A stretch of DNA of 64,000 nt from Coniocarpon cinnabarinum (Eukaryota): positions 1 to 64,000 of the forward strand of contig JAVECO010000034.1 of NCBI GenBank assembly GCA_051942205.1. The letters run 5' to 3'. Positions 1 to 11,804 of this stretch are shown here, piece after piece (the stretch's first letter is position 1; each line of letters opens with the position of its first letter). A model generated the notes under the pieces. That model saw nothing but the letters and a program-made list of their open reading frames with translations, did no database searches and was not told the origin of the DNA. The position numbers were made by a program, and so were the translations under genes.

Positions 1-282
1 CACTCACTCACTGCTCTTCCATTCTCTCCGGCGGACGATAACCGCTTTCTTCAATTCCTCGCCGTGCATCTTTCCTTGCCCTCCGTTGCGCCAGCACCAG
101 CACAGCGGTCCTTGCGGCTTGTCCGTCCTCACTCCGCGCCCACGACCGGCATCCTGGCATCTTCGTTGGTGGAGCATGATTGATGATTGTGGGAGATGCT
201 GTAGACAAACGACACCCTCGCACAAACAGCCATCGACTCGACTTCCCTGCTCGACTCCAAACAACGTCCTCGCACCCATGCC

Positions 283-3200
283 ATGAGAGCCCGGCGGACT
301 GTGACAATATGTGGCTGGCTGCCATTGTTGCTGTTCACGTCGCTGCTGGTCTTGCCTTCGACATCTGCGCAGGCCTTCCCCTACAACCCCACTCGGCTCT
401 TCGCTTCGACCCAAGATGACAAACCCTTCGTCTATGTCCTCAACCCTTCCTCTTCGTCCACGCCGGCGGGCAGTCTCGCCGCCCTTGACATATCTTCCAA
501 CTTCGATCCTTCAAAGCCGTCAACATCCACACTAGCCTCCTCGCTGCCGTTCCTCGGCGAGGGCTCCTCGACCGCCTACACATCCTCACTCGATCCCAAC
601 GGCGCAGTGAACGTCCTTGCTGGTGACTGCACCAAGGGTGCCTCCGCCGCCGCGCTCTGGACGTTCAACGCAAGCGCAACAGGATCAAACTTGCATGGCT
701 CCTGGGCACAGCAATCCATTGATTCGAGAACAATCAGTGCCACAGCCTCTCAGGTCGGCGTCAACTACCTGTCCGCCTCCGTCTCCTTTGCTGCCACCTC
801 AAGCAAGAATGCAAGCGTATACACGTTTGCGGGCATGTGTCCGCTACCGAACAGCAACGACGCGAACTGGGTCGCAGCCGCGGCCTACTCTAATCAACTA
901 CTGATACTGGACCATGATCAACCAACTGAGTACGATTTCGAGCTCGGCAGTGGCCGTGGGCAGCCCATCTCCGAAGCTGGCTTTTCCATCACAGCACTGG
1001 ATCCCACCTCATCGAACACATCTGACGGGACCCAAGCCAATCAACAGAACTTTCTCCTCCTCGGTGGCCACACACAGGATGCCTTCATCAATATGTCCCA
1101 GGTCGCGCTCTTCTCCTTGCCCCAAGCCAGCTGGTCCTTCTTGCCGATCGGAAATGCTGGAGGGTCATCGAAATTGAGAGTGAGACAAGCAACGACAGAT
1201 GTCGACCCGAGGTCAGGCCATACTGCTGTACTCTCCTCAGACGGTTCTAAGGTCGTTCTGTTTGGTGGATGGGTGGGCGATGTGTCCACTCCCGCAGAGC
1301 CCCAGCTTGCTGTGTTGAATGTCGATGCTGGCTACGGAGGCGCTGCAGACTGGTCTTGGGCTGCTCCGCCAACGCCACCGAACTTTCAGGGCGGTGTCTC
1401 GGGACTGTTTGGCCATGGTGCTACCATGCTCCCAGGTAATGTGATGCTTGTGATGGGTGGCTCGACGATCCCCGCACAGGGCAAAAGAACGAAGAGGGCT
1501 GGTGCACCGGTCGCCAACAGTCAGAACTTCCTGTTCAATATCTCCTCGGGCCAGTGGATGAATTCCTACGTGCCACCTCCGCCTGAGCACACATCTGAAT
1601 CGTCTGCGGACAAGAATGGGCTACTGGCGACGAAGCCACAGAAAGTCGGACTGGGTGTTGGACTCACATTTGGCATCCTGGCAATTGTCATTGCCGCGGT
1701 CGTCGGATGGCTCATCTCGAAGCGCTTTAAGAAACGTTTACGAGCGAGGGAGGAGGAGCTCCGCGAGAAGGAGATTGAGGATCTCCATCGATTCAATACA
1801 CCTTATACCGGCAACCAATCAGAACCATATACTGACCGCGCCGGTTACCAACGACCGGCGAACATCTGGGATGGGCGGGGTCAACAGAACTCTCACTATA
1901 CTCCTGAGCCTAATATCTGGCGCAATGATAGCGTACGAGAGGCTGAACGATCTGGCTTGGACCTCGACATACCTAGCCCCCAACGAGGCTTGCGACGGTC
2001 GGTGCAGTCGCGACAGATGCATTCGGGGCGCAGTGTCGATGTTGAACGCCGGCTGAGTCGCGGGTCGGGGGTCATTCATCCCATTGCAGAGACGGAAGAA
2101 GAGGAGTTGACTGCTGTGGCGCTTTCGCCGTCAGAACAGCTCGAGGATCCGTTCCAAGACCCGGCGCCCGTCGCAGGAAATCATGCAGAGGGTGAGGTTG
2201 CGTCTGAGCGCAGAACTCCGGCGGAACAGCCCTCGACTTCTGCGAACAAGTCGTCGGAAGAGAAGACGAGCGAAATGGCTCAGTGGGTTCAGAACTGGGC
2301 CGCAGCCACGTTCGATCGCAACAACAATTCTGGCCGCGAATCCCCAGACAGATCCGAGCGAACACAATCGAACCTCAGCGATCGTTCATCCGTCTCCCAG
2401 CTCACCGCTCGCACCCACGCCTCAAGCTCCACAAGCTCTGGTCGGTCACGCCCGGTCAGTACACCTTCGCCGGAACACACATTACTTCCTGGTTCGCGTC
2501 GCTCCTTGCGGATCCTCCCCGCAGCGTTCAATCCCTTCGCCGCCACATCCAGCACGTCGCCATCGTCTGATAATCACTCTCGAGGCGGCTCTTTCACGTC
2601 CTCTTCCCAGCCTCCCACGACTGGTGACTCCTTCCGCACCGCACCGACCACTTTCCAAACTCTCCAGTCTGAATCTGATGCTCTCCTAGGTCCAGCTCGG
2701 CCTGGACAAGCGCGCTTCCAGCCCACTGCAAAGGGACCGCCAACACCGAAGCATACCTCACCATACACACCCATTGCTCCAGACAATGAGCCAACGTTCG
2801 TCCTGGGCCATCGCAATGACGCACACAAAGCGCCTACAGGGAAGGTTGGCTCATGGGTCGGCTCAGTCCGACGCGCCGTCGCAAACGCAGGACGCTCAGC
2901 CAGTCTCACAAGCAACGGCATCGCCAACGTAAATCGCCAGCGCGCCATGGCGCAGGTCGGACCCTCTGGTGACGGTCTGGGCGGAATGGCCGTCTATGAC
3001 GTTGCAGCCGGTCGTACCGAAGACAGCCCTGCGTCGAGCCCTACGAAAAAGGGCGGTGTCTCCCGCGAGTACTTTGACTCACCTGACGAGAAGGGTCAAG
3101 AACGCGCGGAGATGCGGCGGTCGGCGAGTGAAGGTGCGACGACCTTTTTGGTTCGCAGAAAGGGAGCCAAGGATTGGGGATGGGAGGGTGACACTGCTGC

Positions 3201-3507
3201 TGGCGAAGTAGAAGTGAGTGAGGATGAGAAGGGCAAAGAGCGGAGTCAGAGTTTGGCGACTGCGCCGCGACCTGTTTGGATTGCTCCTCGTACTGACGCT
3301 GGGGCACACGGCGATGGCGATGGCGACGAGTGGGATGTGGAGCGTGCTGTCGAGGCGCGAAACGTGCAGGTGATGTTCAGTGTGCCCAAGGAGCGTTTAC
3401 GCGTCGTGAATGCTGATATCGATGCGGCGAGCTTGGCGAGTGGACGGAGCGTCAGTGGACAGACTGTCGGCGAGGGCGCGACGTTGACGAAGGAAGCCTC
3501 GCGCTAG
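283..3507 (+). CDS. Type I membrane protein with extracellular Kelch/galactose-oxidase-like beta-propeller and long disordered cytoplasmic tail
   Basis: 1074-aa intronless ORF. Hydrophobic N-terminal signal (WLPLLLFTSLLVLP), Kelch motifs (LLLGGHT, PRSGHTAV...VVLFGGW, LFGHGATMLPGNVMLVMGG), one TM segment (VGLGVGLTFGILAIVIAAVVGWLI) followed by a basic stop-transfer, then a Ser/Pro-rich tail. Confidence 0.85.
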   Translation: MRARRTVTICGWLPLLLFTSLLVLPSTSAQAFPYNPTRLFASTQDDKPFVYVLNPSSSSTPAGSLAALDISSNFDPSKPSTSTLASSLPFLGEGSSTAYTSSLDPNGAVNVLAGDCTKGASAAALWTFNASATGSNLHGSWAQQSIDSRTISATASQVGVNYLSASVSFAATSSKNASVYTFAGMCPLPNSNDANWVAAAAYSNQLLILDHDQPTEYDFELGSGRGQPISEAGFSITALDPTSSNTSDGTQANQQNFLLLGGHTQDAFINMSQVALFSLPQASWSFLPIGNAGGSSKLRVRQATTDVDPRSGHTAVLSSDGSKVVLFGGWVGDVSTPAEPQLAVLNVDAGYGGAADWSWAAPPTPPNFQGGVSGLFGHGATMLPGNVMLVMGGSTIPAQGKRTKRAGAPVANSQNFLFNISSGQWMNSYVPPPPEHTSESSADKNGLLATKPQKVGLGVGLTFGILAIVIAAVVGWLISKRFKKRLRAREEELREKEIEDLHRFNTPYTGNQSEPYTDRAGYQRPANIWDGRGQQNSHYTPEPNIWRNDSVREAERSGLDLDIPSPQRGLRRSVQSRQMHSGRSVDVERRLSRGSGVIHPIAETEEEELTAVALSPSEQLEDPFQDPAPVAGNHAEGEVASERRTPAEQPSTSANKSSEEKTSEMAQWVQNWAAATFDRNNNSGRESPDRSERTQSNLSDRSSVSQLTARTHASSSTSSGRSRPVSTPSPEHTLLPGSRRSLRILPAAFNPFAATSSTSPSSDNHSRGGSFTSSSQPPTTGDSFRTAPTTFQTLQSESDALLGPARPGQARFQPTAKGPPTPKHTSPYTPIAPDNEPTFVLGHRNDAHKAPTGKVGSWVGSVRRAVANAGRSASLTSNGIANVNRQRAMAQVGPSGDGLGGMAVYDVAAGRTEDSPASSPTKKGGVSREYFDSPDEKGQERAEMRRSASEGATTFLVRRKGAKDWGWEGDTAAGEVEVSEDEKGKERSQSLATAPRPVWIAPRTDAGAHGDGDGDEWDVERAVEARNVQVMFSVPKERLRVVNADIDAASLASGRSVSGQTVGEGATLTKEASR

Positions 3508-4198
3508 GTGCATCCTCTTCACGCGCGGCGACGCGCACGATGCAGATTGTCTCTGCGTCGATGATAGAGATTGGCCCATGTGGCCGTCTGAGATGTCGGA
3601 TTTGACATCCAAGAGGTACGACGTGATGATATGGCGGATAGAACATCCATTGCTTGCTCGTCAGCTGGCATTGATTGATCGGTCTGGGAGATCGATCTAT
3701 GGAATTGTTGGGTGGGATTTTTTGTTTGATTGCGAGGCATGAGCATGGCGCTGGATTTGAGGTGGATCGGTCGCTTTCTTGTAGATGATTTTGTTGATTG
3801 GACGTGTTTTGTATATGTTGAGTGTGCGAGAACTGATGGAATCGAGATAACTTGAACACAAATACTCTTACCGTGTCTCTATTTCATTTGTGGCCTGTGT
3901 CATTGGCTTTTGATTTTGGTTGCTGCGTTGAGTTCGTTGATGCTTGGATTGTAGGGGGGCTATTAATGAGAATTGGGGTCCAGAGGCTGTATTGGGTCGA
4001 TTTTGGATTTACGGTTGAAGAGCGTCGTCTTGAGTGGCAGGATTTTGGTTTCCCTGGCCTTTTCATTGATGCTTCTATACATAGCGGACGTGACGCCATA
4101 TGCAGGCTGTCTTATGTTCCAGTCCATACCAATCTCACAACGCCACGTGATGCACTCATCCATTCCAACCTTTGCTCTCTCTCCCTCCTCTCCCCCTC

Positions 4199-4263
4199 CT
4201 CTCTCTCTCTCTCTCTCTCTCTCTTCCTCCCTCCTGAATTCCCAACCACCACCACCACCACCA
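4199..4263. repeat. Microsatellites (CT)13 and (ACC)6 just downstream of the PSST stop codon
   Basis: ctct... run at 4199-4224 and accacc... run at 4245-4263. Confidence 0.9.
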
Positions 4264-4271
4264 AGATAATC

Positions 4272-5294
4272 TCACTTCCGATACCACATCCGCGTCACCT
4301 TCGTCCCCCTCATCTTCTTCTGCAACTGAAAAATCCCATACATCAGCGCCTCGCTCGTCGGCGGACACCCCGGCACATAAACATCAACCGGCACAATGCG
4401 GTCGCATCCCCGCGTCACACTGTACGAATAATGATAGTACCCGCCCCCGTTCGCGCAAGATCCCATGCTGATGACCCACCGCGGATCGGGCATCTGGTCG
4501 TAGACTTGTCGGAGGGCGGGCGCCATCTTGTTGGTCAATGTCCCCGCGACGATCATGACGTCGCTTTGGCGTGGCGACGCGCGGAAGATTATGCCCATGC
4601 GGTCTTGGTCGTAGCGCGGGGTGGAGAGGTGCATCATTTCGATGGCGCAGCAGGCGAGGCCGAAGGTTAGGGGCCAGAGGGAGGATTGCCGGGCCCAGTT
4701 TGTGATTTGGTCTGGTTTCTGTTAGTACCTGTTGATAATGAAGAACGGAGGAAAACGACGTATGGTTGCGATTCGGCTGTTGTCGCGTGCGCGCATGGTC
4801 ATCGTGTGTGAGAGTGTATCACCATGGGTGTATATGGAAGGGGAAGAGAAAACATACCCAATGTCGTCAACGCATACTGCATGACGCCGTGTTTCCCCTC
4901 TTGCGAAGGCAAGGGCACCTCTCTCATTTCCTTGCCCGTTACACTTTTCATGGGCCCCGGCGGTGGGGGACCGGATGTGACATCGCCCGTGTGCTGAACG
5001 GTGGGCGTCGTTTCTGTGGCTTTTTGTGTTGAGGAGTTGGAGATTTGGCGGAGGGCGGGGGCGATCGTCGCAGGTCGAAGAGAGGAAATTAAAGAGGTGG
5101 TGGGTCGCGCTGTCATGGAGTTAGTTGCGTGTCTTTCTCAAGTACAGTGGATGGAGACGGGGGGTCATCAAGGTATCGAAGTGTGGGGGGTTGTATGTTG
5201 ATTGAAGAGATGGTGGCGACGTGTTGGCTGTTGAAAGAAAATGTGTAGACATACCGCGCAGCGCCAGGCTGGCTGGTCGCATTGATGTCTGCAT
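4272..5294 (-). CDS. NDUFS7: NADH:ubiquinone oxidoreductase 20 kDa (PSST/NDUFS7/NuoB) subunit, 3 exons
   Basis: Exons 5294-5255, 5109-4858 and 4711-4272 with GTATGT donors, CTAAC branch sites and CAG acceptors. The spliced protein contains a mitochondrial-type presequence, [40 protein letters not shown] and YVPGCPP. Confidence 0.96.
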
Positions 5295-6228
5295 ATTTGC
5301 GCGCACTATGTCGACGAAGTGAAGGAGTGGAGAGTTGGTTGAAGGAGCGTGGCGGTTTAGTGGCACTGGAGGTGGTGACAGAAGTCGATGATGCTAGAGG
5401 GTCAAAGAGAGGCGAGACGATCGGCGTATTATGTAAGCAGCAGATCTAATGCGGGTGATCTGATTGGCTGCATCTCCAGTCTCAGATTTCTTCGGATATC
5501 GACCTTAACTTGGAGATCACTGAAGACATCTACGGTCATTATTTCCATTCGGTGCATGTCGCGTAAAGGATACCTGAAACTTTTGACGGTGATGCATGTC
5601 CTTGAAATACACGCGTGGACCGCTTGTAGGAATGAGTCGATTGTCGCGTTTGGTCGGCGTCGGTATGCAGCATGTGTGATTGGAGGTCAACAGGAAAGGC
5701 TCAACCAAAATACAGAAAACATGCGTGGAAGATATGAGCAGTAGTGTGCCGCTTCCCCTGTTCATGAGCTATAGGAGGAGTACAGCTGTTAAAGACGCGT
5801 CTTCACCTTGGATGTGCCACAAAGATGTTGGTGCGTTATTCCGAGCGTAGACTGTCTCATCCGCTGTTGATATTATGATCAATTCCATTGCACGAACAGT
5901 CTCCTGTGTTCATACTCTTGTGCTCTCATGTAGTTTTGGTTATTGTCACGGAAAATCTCCAAGCCATCTTGCTGGCTTTGATATCATTTGACGCCTTGAT
6001 GTTCAGGCAAAGAGCCCGTCTCTTCGACTGCGTACTACATTGTGCTCCCAATTAATTTTTGAGATATCGATCTAAAAAATTCTAATAAGGCCTGGTAATT
6101 GAATGCGTCCTGGGTATCAGAATTACAGGGACCTTGGCAAGGACTAGCCCCAAACGAGTTTCTTGCAACAGGAACTGGTTGTCTTTTGACATTGACCACC
6201 CTCCAAAACAAATTGCAAAACCTGCTCG

Positions 6229-7059
6229 ATGGATTCAATAAACGAAGTGTTGCAATTGGACAACGACCTGATACCTTTGGCCGACAATAAACAGGCGGGG
6301 ACAACATCTGTAGATTTTGACGGTTTACTTGCCCAACCTTTGAGATTGCATGAGGACCTTAAGGAAGGATGCGGAGGTCAACTGTGGCCGGCGGGTATAG
6401 CACTGGCGGAGTATATGCTCAAAAATCACAAGGCGTCTCTAATTGGCAAGAAGATGTTTGTAAGCTTGAGCCTCGTTTGTGTCATGTAGATAGGCTAATG
6501 TTATATCAAGCGTTGAGCTTGGTGCTGGAGGCGGGCTAACTGGGCTTGCAATTGCTTCTTCGTTGCACGCTGACGCGCAACTATCACCAGAAAGTCTGCA
6601 AGACACTCACATCCATGTCACAGACCAAGGTCAACTCCTTCCCCTGATTCAGCACAATATTGCTCTCAACAATCTCCCTTCGTCCCTAGTCACAGCCGCT
6701 GTTGTCAACTGGGGCGAAGAGCTCCCATCACATGTTCCATCACCACCAGATGTAGTAATTGCGGCTGACTGCGTCTACTTTGAGCCTTCATTTCCGTTGC
6801 TACTGGACACAATGCATAAGCTCATTGGCTCGAAGACGATCTGCTACTTTTGCCAGAAGAAGCGACGAAAAGCAGACATGAGGTTCATGAAATTGTGCAA
6901 AAAGCAATTTCACGTGACAGATTGCAACGACGATACCGAGGTCGACACGTGGCGGAGGGAGGGCATTTTCTTGTGAGTGTCGAGAGTGAAGCTGTACCTG
7001 CAGAGCTTGCTGATACGCACAGGTTCCGGATCACTAAAAGAAGCTATGCTGCACATTGA
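6229..7059 (+). CDS. EFM6: Seven-beta-strand protein-lysine methyltransferase (METTL21/Efm6-like, Methyltransf_16), 3 exons
   Basis: Introns 6456-6510 and 6973-7022. Motifs EGCGGQLWPAG, VELGAGGGLTG, VTDQ, VIAADCVYFEP and KKRRKAD. Confidence 0.88.
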
Positions 7060-7601
7060 AGCTGCAAGAAGTACAAGGCAAAGGCACCACGCATGCTCGG
7101 AGTTGCCCAAAGAAGCTTAGCATCGCCGATTGTACGTGAGGTGTGTTTCGCCTTCGTCGAAACATTACACTATTCCGCATATCGAAAGGTAACACAACGT
7201 CATCCACCTACGGCTTTACACGGCTCTTCACCTCGTGCCTCCGATCTAGCTCTTGATCGAGTAATTTTGAGCCATACTGATAATTATCATCACATGCTCC
7301 GCCCTTCGCCCAAAAAATACTTATACCTCAACTCCCCCACTTCTTCTTCTTCTTCTTCCTCTTTCTCTTTCTCTTCAACATCATCATCCGGTGTTCCTTT
7401 TCCTTACCTTTCCTTTCAGCACCATCTGGTGTTCCTTTCCTTACTGTCATCACGTTAGGCAATTGCAAAAACCCAATAATAGGCATTTTCGTTTAGCAGC
7501 ATCGTAGGCTCATATGAGTGAACTTACATAACTAACAACCAGCGCAGACCGTCGACAAGCGGCCCACCTAGCGCCCGAACGACGGCAATCCATCTATCAG
7601 G

Positions 7602-9201
7602 ATGGTGGAGAATGCGTCAGAGCAAGAGGTGTTCGTCGGTCTTCTCCGGCAACACCGAGCTCCCGCATCTTCACCATCCTCCATGTCGTTCGAGGCGGTC
7701 CGGGAATTGATGTACCCGGATGGCCGACCAAGAAACTTCGACGAGTCTGGGTAAGTCAACGCATTTTCCTTCTCCCTTGGTCTTTCCCCTTGACGTCTGT
7801 CGCACGTTCATCGCTGCAAAGGCATGGAACCTGACGATTCGCAACTGGCTGGAGAGTGAGAAATAACCAACTCCCTCATTCTCATCCCTGACCTCACGCC
7901 AACTCATAGATTGCTTTCTGACAATCAAGATGATAACGTGCTAATATGTGCTTGATTCCAGAGAACCGATCGCTGGTCAAAACCAACCACTCTCATCATT
8001 CCGCCCATCCTTGAGGCGCGGCCCTCTCCGACAACCCCAATCCGCCGACGACCTTACCGTCTCGCGTCGGCGCCGACAAATCCGCACTCAGGGTTCTGGG
8101 CCCTCGGTTGCGCCACCTGTGCCAATGATCGACGCACGGTGGCGCACTTACCGACTGGCAACCGAGGCGTCCAGTTCCTTGAGTGGCGAGGAGGGTTCGC
8201 GTCTCAAGGATGGTGAACACCAAGCCATTCGTGACTCAAGACGTTGGGAAGAGGGAGGATTGGAGGAGAGCGATGAGGGTGAGAAAGACTTGGACTGGAT
8301 CGACAAATACATCATCAATCCGAAAGCTGTGCACGTTGGCGGTGACGAGGGTGTGGCAGTGAAGAGACAGTGGCGTCCTGGAACGCCCTACAAGATGTGG
8401 CCGTGGACTGGAGCGAACTGGAAGGAGCTGAAGCGCGGAGACGCGGAACGAAAGAAGAAGTACCCACAGGAGGTGAGAAAGGCTGAGAGGGAGTGGAACC
8501 GGACGGGTCGCAAACGCCTAGAGCGGCAGAAGATGGCTGAGAGCGCCGAAGAGCACGCACGACGACGTGCTCAACGCGAGAACAGGGTCAAAGAGTTGAT
8601 GGCCTCCAAGGAGGACCTGCCTGGAGCTAACGAAGTTAAGGAAGTTAGCTGGAGGCTGAGGTGGGAAGACACAAAGACGTTCTGGAGATCGAAGAGGAAG
8701 GACGCGGCGAAGCGTCTCGAGACAGAGCTGGAGAGTCTGCAACACGAAGCCAAGAGCTTACCTGAGCAGCATCGTCAGCATCATCAGGTTCTGGCTCGTC
8801 GACCGTCGCTGAGCACCATCGACTCTGAAGATGACGGCAATTTACCAAAATTCGCCAATCACTCGCGAGACATGTCAAGAGCTTGCAGCACTTCCGACGT
8901 CTATCTCGATCTCAGCTATAAAAGCCGCGTTGATCCACACATGCAAACACCGCAGGCGATTCATCATCAACCTCTTCGTCAGACCTCCGAAGACCTCCGA
9001 ACCGACTTCAGCAGCCTCAACATTAGCCTCAGTCCCAATCTCAGCCTCCACAGCCATCCTGTCCAGCACTCACAGCAAGCAGGTCACCAGTCTCAGGAAG
9101 ACTCTGGAGCAGACATCAGCAGCCACGGCAACGCATCAAGATTAGTCCACCGCACATGGTCGTACCATAACCTCCGGCAACGGGCACACGATCAGCGCTG
9201 A
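7602..9201 (+). CDS. Hypothetical charged, low-complexity protein, 2 exons; possible readthrough extension to 9765
   Basis: ATG at 7602. Intron 7751-7961 (GTAAGT...GCTAAT...CAG) joins exon 1 in frame to the 417-aa ORF, which has a coiled-coil-like E/K/R-rich middle. Confidence 0.7.
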
Positions 9202-10058
9202 CTAGTATGTCAAACAACATCGGCGCCCAAGACACAGAATCTGCTCGCTGTCCACAGTCTCACTACAGCAAAGGTAGAACCAACTTCCTCAGCTATTGGT
9301 CACCAGCGGCGGCAAGAAATTTCATTGCCTTCCCTGGTCTCAGTAAGCCGAAGACAACCTCAGCTGGCTCGAAGATGCTTAGGTGCAGCCACTCCATTGC
9401 AAAGCCACTCACACGACATGAGATGTCTGCATTATTCACAGAGTCTCTTCATCATGGCCACTCAGCCATCTCACCAACCGACCTCATCTCAGCTCCGCCA
9501 TCACACATCTCAGTCACATGCAACAGTCGATACTTTTCAGTGCATCAGTACAGTCCCCACAGGCCTCAGTCTACTCTCACTCCCATCATCATTAATACAA
9601 GTCACTGCCACGCCCCCTCAACGCCGCCAACCCAGAATTTGGCACCTGCGCCACCGCAAAGGTCACCGCCACCGCGAGGGTCACCGCCACACCCGCTCAG
9701 TCATTACACGACTCATCATCGACGCGCCCATTGAACGCGTTAGTCTCATAGTCAAGACTTGCTGACACATGGATGCACCCGTCACGCATCACTTCACAAC
9801 ATTCACGTATTGTCTGGCAAAGTTTAGCCTCAAAGGCCTTAGGTACAATCACTTTGTTCCCACCTTCGCGCGCCCAGGGGCTCCTTGCAGCTTCACAGCG
9901 CCAACTTACTACCCTTCAGACTGATTCAACCCAACTCAATAGGCATCAGCCATATCCATCACCGACTCAACGCAACTCAATAGGTATTAGCCACACACAC
10001 TCGCCAGTCTCGCGAATCCATCAAGGCAGCTACTACTCATCAGGCACCAGCACCTACA

Positions 10059-11259
10059 TTAGTCCACACCCACACTCATCAGCCTCCGCGCTGCCGTTCG
10101 GAAAGGAAGAATCTGGATTCGACTCTCATCCCATACACCGCTCGTACAATAGATGTCCTTTTTGACTGCTTCGAGCATCTCTTCCTTGGTCTCGCCGTAG
10201 CCAAGGAGAATGGAACCGTTTATCTGGAGGAGGGCATGTCAGCATCAATTATGAAGACTCAGCATTGAAAAGGTAATAGGATATGGAAAATGGAGGAAGG
10301 CTTCGACGGAGGGAGGTCTTGGTGGGGAAAGTTCAATGAAGGAAGGGTTCAATGGATGGAGGTCTTATCATGATTGATGTGAGGATCGAGATGGTTGTTG
10401 TTTCACGCATCAGGATGAGGAAGGATCAGCGTCCCTGCATCATGACAGAAGGCCTTGCTCAACCTCTCAAGGGCCATGGCCGTCGACGAAGTTTTAACGA
10501 TACACGTTTGTCGCGTTCTAGCAAGGCGTTGGAGGATACCTGAACACATTACGTTCGCAAGCATCTTGTTTACGATAGCTCATGAATCATCATCGCATGA
10601 GCGAGATACAGCTACTGCTGATCTTGATCTTATCGTCATCGTCTTTTGCACCACTGTCTTTGTGTCTTGGTCGTGCGATCTTGACGTCGCATTGTTCGTC
10701 ATGTCGGCATCTTTGTGCATCTCACGATGTCTCGGAACGCCTGCACACATGCCAAATGCTAACAAGGAAATAAGAACGGCTCACCTTTGGTGCCTCTCCC
10801 TCTTTCGGTTGCTCCTCCAACGTCGCGCCACCAAAGCTCCATCGACCTTCTGAACTCTTGATCTCTGGTTTCATGACCTCTAAATGTTTCCTGAGTGCAT
10901 TTACTTAGTCTCATCACATACTCCACGCTCCTCTGCATCTTATCATCCTCTTCCATAATACATGCCACTATCTCATTACCTCTGCCACGATGCCCCGAAA
11001 ATACCCTATATGTGCCCGAGCGACCGGGAAAAGATATGTGGACGCTGAGAAGACTCAAAATGGGAGGAGACACATGGACTCACGGGCGGACTTCCATGCG
11101 CTTTTGCAACATCCCCATGTTATCGGGCAGAATGACGATCCATTCTTTTTTCGACGCCTGAGCGGTCGCCATCGTGCGTGATGTGACGGTGCGACTGGAT
11201 ATCACACTCAGTTGCCGTAATCCCTGATTTGTGATGCGCGTGATAGTTCCCTTATTCAT
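10059..11259 (-). CDS. YCII-related domain protein, 3 exons
   Basis: Exons 11259 (or 11172)-11084, 10890-10785 and 10223-10059. Spliced: EWIVILPD...RMEVRPKHL...FGGATLEE...INGSILLGYGETKEEMLEAVKKDIYCTSGVWD..RIQILPFRTA, typical of fungal YCII proteins (R-x-x-x-R-P-x-H-L; D-I-Y-x4-VWD). Confidence 0.85.
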
Positions 11260-11804
11260 AGCAAGGGACGGTAGGTGCAATATGAAATCAGGAACTACAG
11301 GACTGAACTTGATTCGGGCGGAGGTTGACCGAGAAGTGGAACAGCGATGCAGGAGTCCAGAGCACTCGCTAGTATCTGAACAAAGCTGCGGTATGTCGAA
11401 GATTGGGCGTTCGAAACCGCTCACTGCGTCCCTCGTACTCCAACGAGTCATTGACGCCTAGTGAAAGACGTCGATCATGTTGAAAATTCCTGGCTGCTTC
11501 GTTGAGCGAACAGCAGCCTTGGGATGAATTAAGCTGGGATGACCAGCAGGATATATAAGCTACCTAGGTAATACACACACTATCTCTGAGGATGCGCTGG
11601 TTGACTGCGCTTCCACTGTCGCTATGCATCTCTCATGCACTGTAATCTGTTGAACCATCCAAACGCCGAGTTGAAAGTGACGCTTGACCTGGTATCATCG
11701 ACTCGTAACTTTTGCCTTCGTGATTGGTTGAACGCCGTGATTATGCATGTAAACGATTACGCTGAAAAGCAGGAAATCGATGCTGTAAATACATCAACAG
11801 GCAT

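Noticed and set aside
3852..4670. 272-aa plus-strand ORF
   Set aside because: It is antisense to the PSST exon and runs through microsatellites (LSLSLS, TTTTTT), so it is a shadow ORF.
7751..7961. TPP-riboswitch-like words (GAACCTGA, TGAGAAATA) in a 211-nt intron
   Set aside because: The motifs are in the wrong order, the P1-P5 pairing is not evident, and the host is not a thiamine gene.
10115..10125. GGATTCGACTC resembling a tRNA T-loop
   Set aside because: It lies inside YCII exon 3 and there is no cloverleaf.
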